Source: Eledone cirrhosa (lineage: Eukaryota). Taken from it: a DNA stretch of 64,000 bases. The position numbers were made by a program, and so were the translations under genes. Each line of letters starts with the position of its first letter. The first letter of the stretch is position 1. Of this stretch, positions 13,486 through 28,959 are shown in pieces. Under the pieces are notes generated by a model. It ran no database searches, was not told where the DNA came from, and saw nothing but the letters and a program-made list of their open reading frames with translations. The stretch spans positions 11,594,001 through 11,658,000 of the forward strand of contig OZ024758.1 of NCBI GenBank assembly GCA_964016885.1, read 5' to 3'.

Positions 13486-13703
13486 AGATATATATATAAG
13501 AGTGGGAGTGAGTAAAATCGATGTTGCGGCGCTCAGCCACTACCCACGAAGAAAACAATATTCGGAATCTTTGTACGAAGCACTCAATAAGGGGATATCG
13601 ATAAATTGATATTACATCTTAGAGTAATAAATAAAAAAAAACTGTGCTTACGGGGACAAAGCCACAGAAGCCACAACAACAACGAAAATACAATCAGGTT
13701 AAA

Positions 13704-13870
<167 letters not shown>

Positions 13871-14152
13871 ATATATATAAATATATAAAATATGTAGTTT
13901 AACTACATATTTTTCATATTTCACAATGCTTCAAGCAAACTTTAACACCCTCATATATATATGTGTGTGTGCTGAAGACAGCATATATATGTGAAGGTAT
14001 GTATATTTCCTCTGATAGTTTGTAATAATTTTACATAGATCTATATAATATACATACCAACACACATATATATCCTAGAAACGATCGTAAAATGATGAAT
14101 TTTTTAATATAAGGAACTTGTTCTTTGTTTTTATTCATTGTTTTTATTAATT

Positions 14153-14200
<48 letters not shown>

Positions 14201-14517
14201 CAATATGGAGAAATAGACGATTATTAGGAAGAAAAATATTTTTTACTTTTTATTTTCTTCAGTTTTTTCTGGGTTAGAAAATGTTTAAAACAAAATATTT
14301 ACTTTGTGTGAAGTATTAAGGTATTAGTTAATTTATTTATTAATTAACAATGGCATTTATTTATTTATATATTTAATATTGTAGGTGAAAAATTGTGTTT
14401 ATACCTAAATATAATTTTGGAAAAATGAAGCTCTACATATAGTTTTTATCCTATATAGTATTTGATCTATTTAAGGTGTAATATGACTTGCATAGTTTTA
14501 TTTTAGTCTATTCTTTT

Positions 14518-14551
<34 letters not shown>

Positions 14552-16158
14552 CCCCCCCCCCCCCCACAGATATTTTATTCTTTATAGTTGCTTTATTAGA
14601 ACATTCATTATGTTTTATTTAAAGCATATGAAGTTTTGTATAAGAATATTCTAGATATTGTGGTGAGGTTCCATAACAGATTGTAGAATTTTGAACCTTT
14701 AGTATGTTTCCTCATCATTTATAGATATTTGGTTGTCATGATACCGAGAAGTAATAAATTATAGATTCCTTGAAAAATGAGTTTTAATTCTTATATATTG
14801 AACTATTTCCAAAACTATTGTTGAAGCGACATGTGTTTAGAAGTTAGTTATTACATTGAGTATGTAAATCCTGATAACCAATCTACCCCTGAGAGAAGGA
14901 CTGAGATTTTTATGCTGTTACCTGAGGAAAAAGCGTAGCAATCTATTTATCTCCCCTTAACTCTCTTTCTCTTCCTTTTACATTCTGAAATATTCAATCA
15001 ATGATAACTTTTTCGAAGAGTCTTGTGACCAAAGTAGCGAAGTAAGGATGTGAATGGATATTCCACACTGAATTTTACGAGTTACCAACGGATCCCTATC
15101 TATGTTGATTTTAAAGATTCCTTCTTCATAAGTTTTGGACCGAAATTTCGTGAGTACTGATCAGATATGCGCTCCCAAGATGGCGGATAGTAAAAAAATA
15201 TTTGCGAACACGGAACTCACGTGGCGTGACAACGTTTCAGGAAATAATCCCCAAGACGTTGTTTGGTTTTGTATGTTTGTTTATTTGTATTTATCTGATT
15301 AAACAATGTAACCGACATTTCAGTGTCTACTCACTTTTTCGCAGATGATAATCTCCACAAAAGTTATTATTTTGTTTAAAAAAACAAAAAGCAAATCTAA
15401 AATACCTGACAGTTTGTTTTTCCTCATATGTTTTCTAATTGATATCTGCTTCCATGTTGTTATTTTGTTTTAGATTTCATTCTAATAGTTGTTTTTAAAT
15501 TCTTTATTACATTTACCTCGCCAAATTCTGATATTTATTTTCGTTTGTTTAGAGCATTATATTGAGTTACTTAAAATCAAAAAAGCAGATAAGGGAATTA
15601 GAAGTGTTGTGGTTGATAAGACATTAGTTCAGATTTGTAGCCTACTGCATACTAGATCGTCTGATGTATATTTTAAAACTTGGCAGCCTTTAGCTGTTGA
15701 TTCTGACGATGTGATATCTTATTCCGAAAAAAAACCCCCGAAAGAAACCCCCAATCCATTGACAATAGTAGACCTACGTCAAAGGTGGTACTAGGCAACG
15801 GTTAGATGAAATATCTAAATATAAAGACACGTTTCCCGAGATTGCATTAAAGTTAGTTATAATTAACACTACGGTTGCATAGAATTGGCAATACGATAGA
15901 CATATATTGTATAAAATGACGATAAAATCAATCTAGATCGAAGACAACTGATCACTACTATAAAGCATGATATAATCTTCAACATATTCCCTTAGGAATA
16001 TTAATGGCATTAGACGTGAAACACGTACATGTACCTACCTACCTAGTGATATATATTCAAATACCTACAGACGCACATACGCAAACATTTTCGCTGATAC
16101 ACACACTTACACACACACACATATATATGCACATATACGTATATATATATATATATAT

Positions 16159-16351
16159 AATAGGAGTAAGTAAGACCCCGACGGCTGAGCTCGAGCCGTT
16201 TCGACGGCTAATTCTGTACTGAATTAGCCGTCGAAACGGCTTGAGCTCAGCCGTCGGGGTCTTACTTACTCCTATTACCCACTCTACTACCCTAAGTATT
16301 GAGTACTTTGGTGCGTTATGGTCCACCTGGTTCCTTACCACTTTTCCCTCG

Positions 16352-16352
<1 letters not shown>
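16159..16352. mobile_element. Fold-back element family A
   Basis: About 58-bp inverted arms centred near 16217, long arm on the right, (TA)n on both sides. Confidence 0.85.
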
Positions 16353-16393
<41 letters not shown>

Positions 16394-16486
16394 GTATATA
16401 TATATATATATATCACACACATACGTAAATATATATTTATGGGTTTATGCGTGTGTATGTAGTGAAAACAGCCTATCATACATCTG

Positions 16487-16521
<35 letters not shown>

Positions 16522-16524
16522 ATA

Positions 16525-16593
<69 letters not shown>

Positions 16594-16803
16594 GGTCATT
16601 CATATGTAAAGAAAGTTCGACGTGGCACCAAGCAATTTTCTGAATGAATAAGATATAGATGTTTATATAAGATGGAGCCTTGAGAAACGACAAGCTGTCT
16701 TATATATATCTACATATCTCAACGATTTGAAATGGACAGAAAGTTTATAAATCGTAACTCAAAAACAAGTGCTGTCTTGTTCAAAGCTAGCAGCAAAGGG
16801 AGA

Positions 16804-16845
<42 letters not shown>

Positions 16846-16858
16846 TATATATATATAT

Positions 16859-17005
<147 letters not shown>

Positions 17006-17101
17006 TGGGATAGTCTCTGCCAGGCTTAAAATGCCCAAGAAACGCCGTATGTCAATGCAGCGCCCCTACGGCTCTATCAGGAGTTACGGCATCACACACA
17101 C

Positions 17102-17216
<115 letters not shown>

Positions 17217-18138
17217 ATGTTGTGTGTGGGTGTATATTAAAAGAGAGTGAGAGAGAAGAATATGCTGGGTCATAGTTAAAGACACAAACGTACGATACTA
17301 GTAAAAGATGAGATGCTATATATCATATGTTGAATTATTTTAGCACATCATAGTAACTATGAACATTAAACCCCAAACAAAAAAGGCCGTCAAACCACCA
17401 ACTCTTGGTAGAACAGTATTTTTATTTACACCTAACCACTTGGAGAATATGCCAAATATTGGCGATAAGAACTGCAAAAACCATTCCACCTCATGGGGTT
17501 CCTTCCTAAGGTGTGGTGTCCTCATACCGAATTCTTAGACGAGATCTGCAATCTCGAGATCGAACATAGATGTTATAACAGCAAAATTTCCGAAATGGAA
17601 TATGCTTTATAATAAATGGTTTTTAAATTATCTTCTGCCCAGTTCGTTGCAGGCGGCGACGTCACCCGACTTATGGCGAAAGAGACAACGTTGACACTGG
17701 AGAATATCTCATCACGCCCTGGCGGCCAAGGGAGGTAACTTTAATCCTAATCTTGGCATGTACCATTGCCTTTGTTTAAACCAAGAGTCTCCAGTTGTGC
17801 CGGATATAGCGAAACGTCTTGTACGATAACGAAGAGAGATTGGATGTAGTCTGATGCTTGGTCATCTATTGTTGCGATAGGGGCCGGTCAACGAAGAGGA
17901 TAACGTGTTATGCCACCCACACACTCTTGTATTTTGAGAGAATACATATACATATATATATACATACATATATATATATATATATATACACATACATATA
18001 TATATATATACAAACATATATACATGCATATATACATACACACAAACATATCTGCATAGATGCACAATGTTTCAGTTAGTACATGTTAAAGAGGGTATAC
18101 ATATCCGTATCTTGCTACAAACACAACATGCGCACACG

Positions 18139-18170
<32 letters not shown>

Positions 18171-18220
18171 CACACATACATATATATATATATATACATA
18201 CACACACACATATATATATG

Positions 18221-18256
<36 letters not shown>

Positions 18257-18321
18257 TATACATACACACTCACACACACACATATATATATATTTAAAAA
18301 AATAGTTGTGATATATTAGTG

Positions 18322-18888
<567 letters not shown>

Positions 18889-19299
18889 AAAGATAATAAG
18901 GACGATTGGTTACTCCTTAATTGCGATTATTGTTTGGTGACGTTTATTGGTTGATATATATATGGAGAGAGAAGAGAGAGAGAGACTATGGCTTGAAATT
19001 AAATCATATTGATATACTGATAAAAGCAAGGAAGGAAGGAGATATTTGCAATTCTATAAACAGATGTTATGTGTGTGTTATCTTTAGAATAAATCTGTCA
19101 TATATGTCGCCAGATATACTAGAAAGACGTCTATAGACACTAGTTCTGACACTAACAAATGCAATGCTAAATAGACATAATTGTGTGCAATGCGCATCAG
19201 AAAAAGAGTAGTTTCTTTTACATAATCACCAAGCTGGATCTGACATACAGTAATGACCTGTTGTTCTTCTCTGTATGAGCTGAGCAGTTAACAAAAAAA

Positions 19300-19557
19300 C
19301 AGTTTATACACTCAAGAGGTGACTATGTACAAATATAGAAATGAAATGTTCTTTTATATGTGATCGTAAATCTACACTCTGACACGAGAGACCCATACGA
19401 TACGTTAAACAATGATCTAAACACAAACAAGTATATATACATATCATATGTATATATATATATATATATATATATCATATGTATACATATATATATATAC
19501 ATATACATAATATATATACATATATATATATACATATATATTTATATACATATGTAT

Positions 19558-19594
<37 letters not shown>

Positions 19595-19743
19595 AACCAG
19601 TTTATACACTCAAGAGGTGACTGTGTACAACTATAGAAATGAAATCTTCTTTTATATGTGATCGTAAATCTATACCCTGACACGTGAGACTCATACGATA
19701 CGTTAAACAATTATATAAACACAAACAAGTATATATACATATC

Positions 19744-19750
<7 letters not shown>
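19300..19750. repeat. Direct duplication of about 150 bp of unique sequence (19300-19450; 19598-19750)
   Basis: CAGTTTATACACTCAAGAGGTGACT...AACACAAACAAGTATATATACATATCATATG occurs twice, separated by microsatellite. Confidence 0.85.
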
Positions 19751-19794
<44 letters not shown>

Positions 19795-19836
19795 AATATA
19801 AATTAGCGAGAATCGTATTTCGGCTTTGGAATTAGC

Positions 19837-19875
<39 letters not shown>

Positions 19876-20067
19876 GTATAGGATTATCCTGGATGCAGTA
19901 ATGGTTAATTACTACACTGGATAGAGTTGACGTACGGTGAGGGGTTACTCAACGAGTTATGGAAGAATAGTTGAAGAAACTCAGTTCCTGATACTTCTGT
20001 ATTGCGGAGTGTAGATAGAGAATGGATAATAACAGGTAGACATTATAAAAAGGTAATTTATTCTGTG

Positions 20068-20179
20068 TGCTTACAAATGTTTCCACGGTGGTACTACAGC
20101 CTAGTTATGCTATGTGAAAATTTATAATTATTTGCAAAACACAATTATCAAATGCTGTGACCACTGTATCCTCAGAGCA
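20068..20179 (-). ncRNA. Type I hammerhead ribozyme motif in the PLE 3' pLTR
   Basis: Minus strand: TGCT-CTGAGGA-TACAGTGGT...ACCACCGTG-GAAAC attt GTA-AGCA, with a long stem II. Confidence 0.8.
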
Positions 20180-20243
20180 GAATGGTTAAAATGTAAAATG
20201 TAAATACCCTTAAGTGAGGTTATTGGGGAAGATAGAGTAGAAA

Positions 20244-20356
<113 letters not shown>

Positions 20357-20748
20357 GGGTTGGAGAAATGGGAGAGAGTGGTTTGTAGAATACAGATATC
20401 TTAATCAAAATGTTGTGGTAGGGGTTTTATTATACTGGTTACCTTAAGCGATGCGTTGCTAGTTAAGGTTGGAATTATTTATTGCCACAGAGGACAGGTT
20501 CATAGATGTGGAGAGGGAGGGAGGTGGACCGAGGGCGAGAGAGAGAGAGGAATGGAGAGAGAGAGAGAGATAGAGAGGGGACAGACGAAAGCTATGAGAT
20601 GGGTGTACATTGAGTTCATAGTTGTAGGCTACAAATTGCACTAAGTATCCATTTATAGTGATAAGCAGGGTATTATCTCGTAGTGTGGGGAATATAGTTA
20701 AGAAGTTGTTATTGAGAGAAAGTAGTTAGCTAGAAAGAAGTATTATAG

Positions 20749-21215
20749 TTACGGGTTCGAATGGTAAGTTATTTTATAGTGAGAGAATTTAGTTTTCAGT
20801 TTGTGGTTGCAGTATAATGATCGTTTGATTCTGTCATTTAGTAATTTATTTTTGGATTTTAAGATGTAAAAGAGTTCAAGGTTACATAACTTGCAGTACT
20901 TCAATCCACTCCGATATGCACTAGCGCTGGGAAGTATATCCCATTTCAAAATGAACTGTTGGCTGCGTTCATGGAGTTGCCAGGTCTTGTTGTCAAGCGT
21001 GGTCACAAAACGGTGATTAGGATGTTTAATTGAGAACCGATGACGATACCAGCGAGATTTAAAGGAGGTGGTGGTAGACCCGATGTAATACCATTTCTGG
21101 TCATTCGATTCAACAGTTGTGCGATAAACAATGTTGGACTTTAGGCATTTATTCTTCAATGGACATCTTTCAGTAGGTGGCAGTTACAGTTTTTATTGTG
21201 GGTAGCGGGTATACC
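20749..21215 (-). pseudogene. GIY-YIG endonuclease domain of a Penelope-like element (frameshifted remnant)
   Basis: CNC....CPL.NKCL.SNIVY (across frameshifts), YYIGST..SFKSRW.RH, LKW.IL and CKLCNLE..YI form the motif set of PLE GIY-YIG domains. Confidence 0.85.
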
Positions 21216-21487
21216 ATGGAGTTTGCAAATAGATATGAATTTGCACATAGCATAACTAGCCTGTATAACCACCGTGGAAACATTTGTAAGCACACAGAAT
21301 AAATTACTTTTTTATGATGTCTACCTGTTATTATTCCTTCTTTATATATATATATATATAAGGAGAGAGTTTTCAGTGCTGAGACAGGGAAGACAAAAAA
21401 AATCAGTACACAGGAAAACACTTGCAGAAAACAGATAGAAACTACTTGGCGGCTCTCTTTCTCTCTCCCTCTCTCTCTCTCTCTCTC

Positions 21488-21569
<82 letters not shown>

Positions 21570-21911
21570 ACCATTACAAAGCATACTAAAAAGAAACTAA
21601 ATTATTAGATAGGTGCAGCTTAATTTAAAATCATGGTGAAATAATTAACCTCCACACTAACGAGAGTTGGTTGTTTAAAAAGAGGGAAATAAATCAACCT
21701 TACTCTACATTACTGTACAGGCGGCGACATTCTTAACGGGCCATAAACTCTAAGTAATTAACCGAAAACAAACGAGTTCGGTAATATTAGATAAAATATT
21801 TGAGATTAAAATCAATGCTAATATTTTGCATATTATTAATGTTTTCCACCTAATATAATAACAACTCTGTCATTTAAAAAAAACAACATATGTGTAGATT
21901 TCCACAGTTTC

Positions 21912-21957
<46 letters not shown>

Positions 21958-21960
<3 letters not shown>

Positions 21961-22042
21961 AAAAGAATCAGAACCCCGACGGCTGAGCTCCAGCCGTTTC
22001 GACAGCTAGATCCGAAATCAACGATTTACCAGACCATCTTTG

Positions 22043-22045
<3 letters not shown>
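21958..22045. mobile_element. Family A variant, internally deleted
   Basis: ACCCCGACGGCTGAGCTCCAGCCGTTTCGACAGCTAGATC is joined to a tail-end-like ...CATCTTTGTT, in (TA)n. Confidence 0.7.
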
Positions 22046-22102
<57 letters not shown>

Positions 22103-22200
22103 ATTTGACACATCATGCATGCTTATTATTATTTCATTCTACTGGAGACTAGGCTTTGAGTGGTCACTTTGGTGAACCGAACAGTAACTTGACGTTACAA

Positions 22201-22285
<85 letters not shown>

Positions 22286-22287
<2 letters not shown>

Positions 22288-22438
22288 CAAAGAGGGTGTA
22301 TAAGATACCAGCTGGACCATAATGCACCAGAGGACTCGATACTTGGGGTTGTAGAGTGGGTAATATGAAAAGATTCAGGACGCCGACAACTGAGCTCCGG
22401 GCGTTTCGACAGCTAGATCTGAACTAGGGATCTAGCTG
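22286..22438 (-). mobile_element. Family A variant, long arm plus short hairpin
   Basis: Matches the family A long arm and ends in CAGCTAGATC/GATCTAGCTG. Confidence 0.75.
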
Positions 22439-22462
22439 TATATATATATATATATATATGAA

Positions 22463-22543
<81 letters not shown>

Positions 22544-22554
<11 letters not shown>

Positions 22555-22787
22555 CTAGGAATTGATCAACATATATATAAATAAATATAAAGATGAAAAA
22601 TCACAGGAGATAATTTTTCATGTTTATATTTATTTATATATATGTTGATCAATTCCTAGTTATTATTATAAAATGCTCGTACCTACAAAGTCCTAGAGCT
22701 TATTTTCCGGGCGATATGGCGCATTCCGTTAAGGAATGACACCCACAATTTCGATTCTGATTGAATTCTTTTAATCTAGCTTAATTT

Positions 22788-22790
<3 letters not shown>
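22544..22790. mobile_element. Fold-back element (about 57-bp arms, 22544-22669) plus tail, in (TA)n
   Basis: AATAATAACTAGGAATTGATCAACATATATATAAATAAATATAAA / TTTATATTTATTTATATATATGTTGATCAATTCCTAGTTATTATT. Confidence 0.7.
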
Positions 22791-22832
<42 letters not shown>

Positions 22833-23653
22833 ACTTTGATAAGCTGATGAAAATTCCTCTACAATTTTGAAGTAAACACTACATTGGAATAGTACTGATG
22901 TTATGGTGGTGTAGCATATTTTCCTATCCTAGATACCATTCAACAGAAAGCCATTTCGCCAATATATTATAGCCACTAGATTAAAAAAGTAAGATATCCA
23001 TAATTCTCATCATCCATCACAGTTAAAGCCGCTTCTGATCCTAATAAATACACATTCTTTTAATCTACGTTCGCTGTGTTTCACCTTTCACACTTCTACA
23101 AACATTTCATCCAGTCCAAGCTTATAAAAAATTCAACTCTAAAGAAATTTACTGTCGGATCTCATTTTCCTGCGTATCTTTCAACTGAAAATCGATAGCA
23201 TCAAAGTGTTCATACAGAACCGAACTGAACGCTCAACTGAATTTGTAATTGTCTTCATTCAACTTTCAGATACTAGATAAGACAAGCTGGGAAGACATGA
23301 CAGCTGCTTAAAGTGGCCAGACAATCAGACTAACCAGAATTAATTTTGATTCTAATACTGGGTATTATTTTGTTCTTTTCTTCTTTTAATGGTTTCAGAC
23401 ATTAGACAAAAAGGAAAACAAACAAATAACCCTCATGTTACTCCTGGGAACTTAAAGAAACCATGCAAGAAGCTACCTAACAACAAAGGTATACTTACAC
23501 ATACATAATTACACACTTCTGACATTATATCGACAAATGACTCTACGGGGTTAATAAAATAAAACACCAGTAACGTACTGAGGTTGATTTAATTGACTCC
23601 CCCCACCAAAACATTGTTGGTCTTGTAACTTAATGAGAAACCATTATATATAC

Positions 23654-24031
<378 letters not shown>

Positions 24032-24285
24032 CACTGAATGTAAAGAAAATCTCGTGTATTTATCATTATATCGCTCCCACGCTCTGATCTATTGAGAAGA
24101 TCCCATACCTCCTTCGCTTACCGAGTGGGGTGGACCTCGTCAAATCGGACCAAGGAAACATGGTCTTTCCATTGTTAATACTATATACCGATCGCATCTC
24201 TTGGCAGAAGGATCAACGTAAAATAAAGAGCTGGAACGAATATCACATATCATTCTTCTAACCGACGTTCTATACACATATACAT

Positions 24286-24316
<31 letters not shown>

Positions 24317-25033
24317 AGGTGGAACATCTCTCGTTATTGTTCTGATTCATTTAAGTAGTTCTTGAGCAAAACAACCAAAACATCACAGGAACAAATTTCA
24401 TTTGAATTTTCGATTTGCGCCATATTTCATCAGAGCCAAATCTCACCAAATTCAGCCACAGAAATATGTCGTGTTGATTAACCGTGAAGAAAATGTTGTG
24501 ATATCATAGAATGCTAATCTATTACTATGAGCTTCATATCACACTGGGGTTGCTTGAGGCGCGCTAAGTTTGCTTCCGCTTCATGTAGCTTATCTCTATG
24601 ATGGTAGTTATATGAAGTTAGATTGTTTGTATCAGAGAATGTTGAATCTAAATGGTATGAACAATGTTCAGTGACTGTGATGAAATATGAATTAGTAATA
24701 TTCCAGTTTGTTGTTCACTAACATATCTAATCGTTCATACATAGCTCTCTAAATTAAACTATGTGTGTTGTCCAATGACATTTCCTTTCAATATTGTTTC
24801 ATATGTTTCCAACACTTTACTATAAACAATTACACGCACACACACACTCATAAATCTGTGCGAGATTTACATTTAGGATGTATACATAGGGTAGGACTTC
24901 CACCTGAATTTTAAGATACTTGTTTCGCTTCAAAAATTATCGACCCTCATTTTAGAATAGAAACAAAATATTATTTATAAGCAATAATCATATTCTTCGG
25001 CACATTCCTCAGTGTCTAAACTTTAATGTATTA

Positions 25034-25111
25034 TTTTAATGATATTTTAATGATATTTTAATGATATTTTAATGATATTTTAATGATATTTTAATGATAT
25101 TTTAATGATAT
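25034..25111. repeat. 11-bp minisatellite (TTTTAATGATA)n
   Basis: About 7 tandem units adjoining a SINE 3' end. Confidence 0.9.
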
Positions 25112-25118
25112 ATATAAT

Positions 25119-25330
25119 GGTTTCTAATTTAGACACAAGGCCATCAATTTTGGAGGAGGAGAAAGTTGACGAAATCAACCTCAGTACATTACTAGTACTT
25201 CATTTATGGACCCTGTAAGGACGAAAGGCAAAGCTAACCTCGTCGGGATTTCAACTAGGAACGTAAATAGCCGTAAGTGTATGCCGCAAAGCATATTGAC
25301 CGACGCTCTACCGATACTGACAATCCGCCA
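25119..25330 (-). mobile_element. SINE S1, long variant, diverged
   Basis: Reverse complement of S1 with an extra segment of about 30 bp near the 3' end. Confidence 0.8.
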
Positions 25331-26308
25331 CATTACAGGAACATAACATAATAACAACAGTCTTATCCTAGGTTATTATATGCATTATTCTTTTCAAAAT
25401 CCAAGCGTTTCTACCTAAATCTAAAATCTAAACCATTCGTTGCCTGCATAAAAAGTATCCATCTTCCATAGTTTATTTATATCTACTAAACTACTAAATG
25501 ACCAATCTATTACAGGTTATCCATTAGATACTAATGCCAACTAAAATATCGATTCCAACTAATTGTGAATAATAGAGTTCGGAAGGTATTTAAAATAAAA
25601 AATATAGGTAAAGCTTTCATTATGTAAAATCTCCCCATTTTGCCTCATTTCTCCCCGATTTGGGGGCAGTTCTTTTCAAGTAACTCCCGTTTGGGTTTTT
25701 AGAGGCTGGCAGGTCTGCAGTACATTCCAGGTTCCTTCAATATATTATTTAAAATAATTGTTAAAAATATTTTAATAGCAAAACATATTCTAAATATTGA
25801 TTAATTGAATCAGATTGTTTAATACAGCATAAAATGTGCTCCATAAATTTTCCAGTTTAAGAATTTAAAAAATATTTTACATTCATTCAATGAATTCTCG
25901 AGAGACTTGTTACAAATATTTCATGACATGTGACATCGCAAAAGTAATTTTAAAAAATGAAAGAAAAGAGAGAATGGTACAGAAACCGTGGGTGTTTTGC
26001 CGAATTGGTTTTCATTATCGCTTGATAAAATTTTACCTTACTTCAATGTAGAAACTATTGCACGAACGAAAGACACGAATATCTCATCATAATTATGTCT
26101 TTTAAATGGAACAGTGTTGGTCGCTTCTGTCACGCCAGAGAGTTGTAATTCTTGAAATGGCAGTTCAACATACTTTCTATTCAGTTGACTACGTACTTTA
26201 AAGTTACACACGTTTATAGAAAAAGTTGCGACTGCTAGAATTTAGATAGATTAGATGGTTGAATTAATATGTAATACTTGAAGAAGTCGTAGGCACATTT
26301 CTAAGGCG

Positions 26309-26581
<273 letters not shown>

Positions 26582-26604
26582 GAAGTCTGAAGGAGATATA
26601 AAGG

Positions 26605-26745
26605 AAGAATTGGCCCCAGTACTGGGCTGGTAGTTTTTTTATCGATCATGAATGGACGAAAGGGTAAGTTGACATCGGCAGAAAGCCGAAACGAGTATTG
26701 CAAAGCCTTCTATCCCATGTTCTAATGATTCTACCAATTCGCCAT
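26605..26745 (-). mobile_element. Old, diverged SINE related to S1
   Basis: CTGGTAGTTTTTTATCGATC..GGACGAAAGGGTAAGTTGACATCGGC resembles the reverse S1 core, and the head ends ATTCGCC. Confidence 0.55.
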
Positions 26746-27359
26746 CTTCCTTTCATTAATCCCTTCCAAAAAAAAAAACAAAAAAGCCCACTTGATAAAA
26801 AACCATCAAATTCCTCACAAAAAGGCAGAAGTTCTATTACCCATCTCTGAAGTTTCTACAAATGTTACAGTGGTTACTTTTACACCGAGCTGGCTGGTGC
26901 CATGCCAATTCTAGTCAGACACCTCTCACTCACCCGTCTTTTATCTTTTGATCACCTAGATAATAGTAATCAATCTATAGGTCCGCACTAAATATGTTCC
27001 CCAACTCTCAGTCCTTCCACCACCAGACCACCGACGTCTGGAATTGATGCATTATTTTAGGTGCAGTCGTCTAGTTTCAACTATTGAAGCGCAATATTAA
27101 TTTTATCAGTTTCACCGGGCTCGGAACGCCCGTGAAGGTAACATAAATACACACATCTTACTTCTAATTCTCCACAGCAGAACGCAACACATATCAAACT
27201 GCCAAAGTTTATCAGGCACACATATTTAGCTGCCAATGATTCTCTGTTACATAAAGACGGGGGGAAAATGGTTAGTTAATATGATACTGTTGAATTATTT
27301 CTTTAATAAGAACTTTTTTTTAAAGTAAACAGGATAACACAGTAAACGCCAAAATAATG

Positions 27360-27584
27360 GTTTCTTATACTTATATAGGCACAAGGCCAACAATTTTGAT
27401 GGGAGGGTAAAGTTGATTAAATCGACCCCAGTGCGTGACGGGTGCTTTATTTTATTGACCCCGTAAGGATGAAAGGCAAAGTTGACCTCGGCGGGATTTG
27501 AACTCAGATCATAAATAGCCGTAACTCTATGCTGTGAAGCATGGTGTCGGGCCCTCGACCGATACTGCCAATCCACCGCCCCTC
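27360..27584 (-). mobile_element. SINE S1 long variant with 16-bp TSD
   Basis: TSD AAACGCCAAAATAATG at 27344-27359 and 27585-27600. Confidence 0.9.
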
Positions 27585-27770
27585 AAACGCCAAAATAATG
27601 AAATTTACAACAGAAGTACTTTGTTGAATAGGAAATATAAATTTAAATGATTTTAAATCTACCTTCCTAACAACTCATCCCCGATTAATCCTTTAAGGCT
27701 TTCACAGGGATACTCCCTTGATAAGGGGTTAGTAAACCCCAAAATATTTGATGTTATTAAATTTGCTAAG

Positions 27771-28088
27771 TTATGGCCCTTTGCGTTCTGAGTTCAAATC
27801 CGCCGAGGTTAACTTTGCCTTTCATCCTTACGAGGTCGATAAAATAAAGTACCAGTGGTGCACTGGGGTAATCGCTGGCCTTGTGCCTAAAGTAGAAACT
27901 CTACGGTGGATTGGCAGTATCGGTATAGGGTCGAACGCCATGCTTTGACGCATAGAGTTACGGCCCTTGCCATTCTGAGTTCAAATCCCGCCGAGGTTAA
28001 CTTTGCCTTTCATCCTTACGGGGTCGATAAAATAAAGTACCAGTAATGCACTGGGTAATTGCTGGCCTTGTGCCAAAAGTAGAAACAA
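27771..28088 (+). mobile_element. Tandem SINE S1 dimer (truncated plus full) inside one 17-bp TSD
   Basis: Units at 27771-27899 and 27904-28088. TTATTAAATTTGCTAAG occurs at 27754-27770 and 28089-28105. Confidence 0.9.
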
Positions 28089-28373
28089 TTATTAAATTTG
28101 CTAAGGTAAGATTCTATTTTTATCTTGGCGCCTTTAATTTTTTAATGCAGTGTATGGGTTTTAAAATTATTTAAATTGATCATGATAGTTATATATTTAT
28201 GCTTTCCATTAAATCATAGTAGTATTTGTAGCCATGGGTGGTTGTATAGACCCGAGTATATATTACTGATACTAATTACACTGATTCCAGAGCAGCTAAA
28301 GATAAAGCTGTCTGTAACGTAATTTGAAATCATATTCTACGCGGACTTTTGTTAACCTATCATACACACACAC

Positions 28374-28453
<80 letters not shown>

Positions 28454-28467
28454 GTATATATATGTAA

Positions 28468-28646
28468 GTTATTCGGGGTTGAATCAGGGGTAACCACAGT
28501 AAGTAAAGTACTCAATACATAGAAGAGTATAAATGTTTTAATATAGAAGAGATTCTACACGACTAGAACTGTTTCATTCGTGGGAAATCACCAGGAAGCG
28601 CTTCCTGATGATTTCTCACGAATGAAACAGTTCTAGTTAGAAGCTC

Positions 28647-28650
<4 letters not shown>
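28468..28650. mobile_element. Fold-back element family E with hammerhead motifs
   Basis: Centre GGAAGCGCTTCC. Contains GCTTC-CTGATGA-tttctcacgaat-GAAACAG.... Homologous to 44826-45014 and 55450-55583. Confidence 0.8.
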
Positions 28651-28708
<58 letters not shown>

Positions 28709-28711
<3 letters not shown>

Positions 28712-28848
28712 AACGAGTAGGACCCCGACGGCTGAGCTCAAGCTATTTCGACGGCTAATTCTGGACTAAAACCCACTCTACTACCCTAAGTATTGAGTAC
28801 TTTGGTGCGTTATGGTCCACCTGGTTCCTTACCACATTTCCTTCGTTA
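28709..28848. mobile_element. Family A, internally deleted (short arm joined to the distal long arm)
   Basis: GGAACGAGTAGGACCCCGACGG...CTGGACTAAA is fused to ACCCACTCTACTACCC...CCTTCGTT. Confidence 0.85.
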
Positions 28849-28909
28849 TACATATATATATATATATATATATATCATAAAAGATAGAGATAGAGATAGA
28901 TAGATTGAT

Positions 28910-28959
<50 letters not shown>

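Noticed and set aside
22838-22880. CTGATGA-AAATT..AATTTT-GAAG hammerhead-like motif
   Set aside because: GAAG replaces GAAA, and there is no stem I or stem III pairing.
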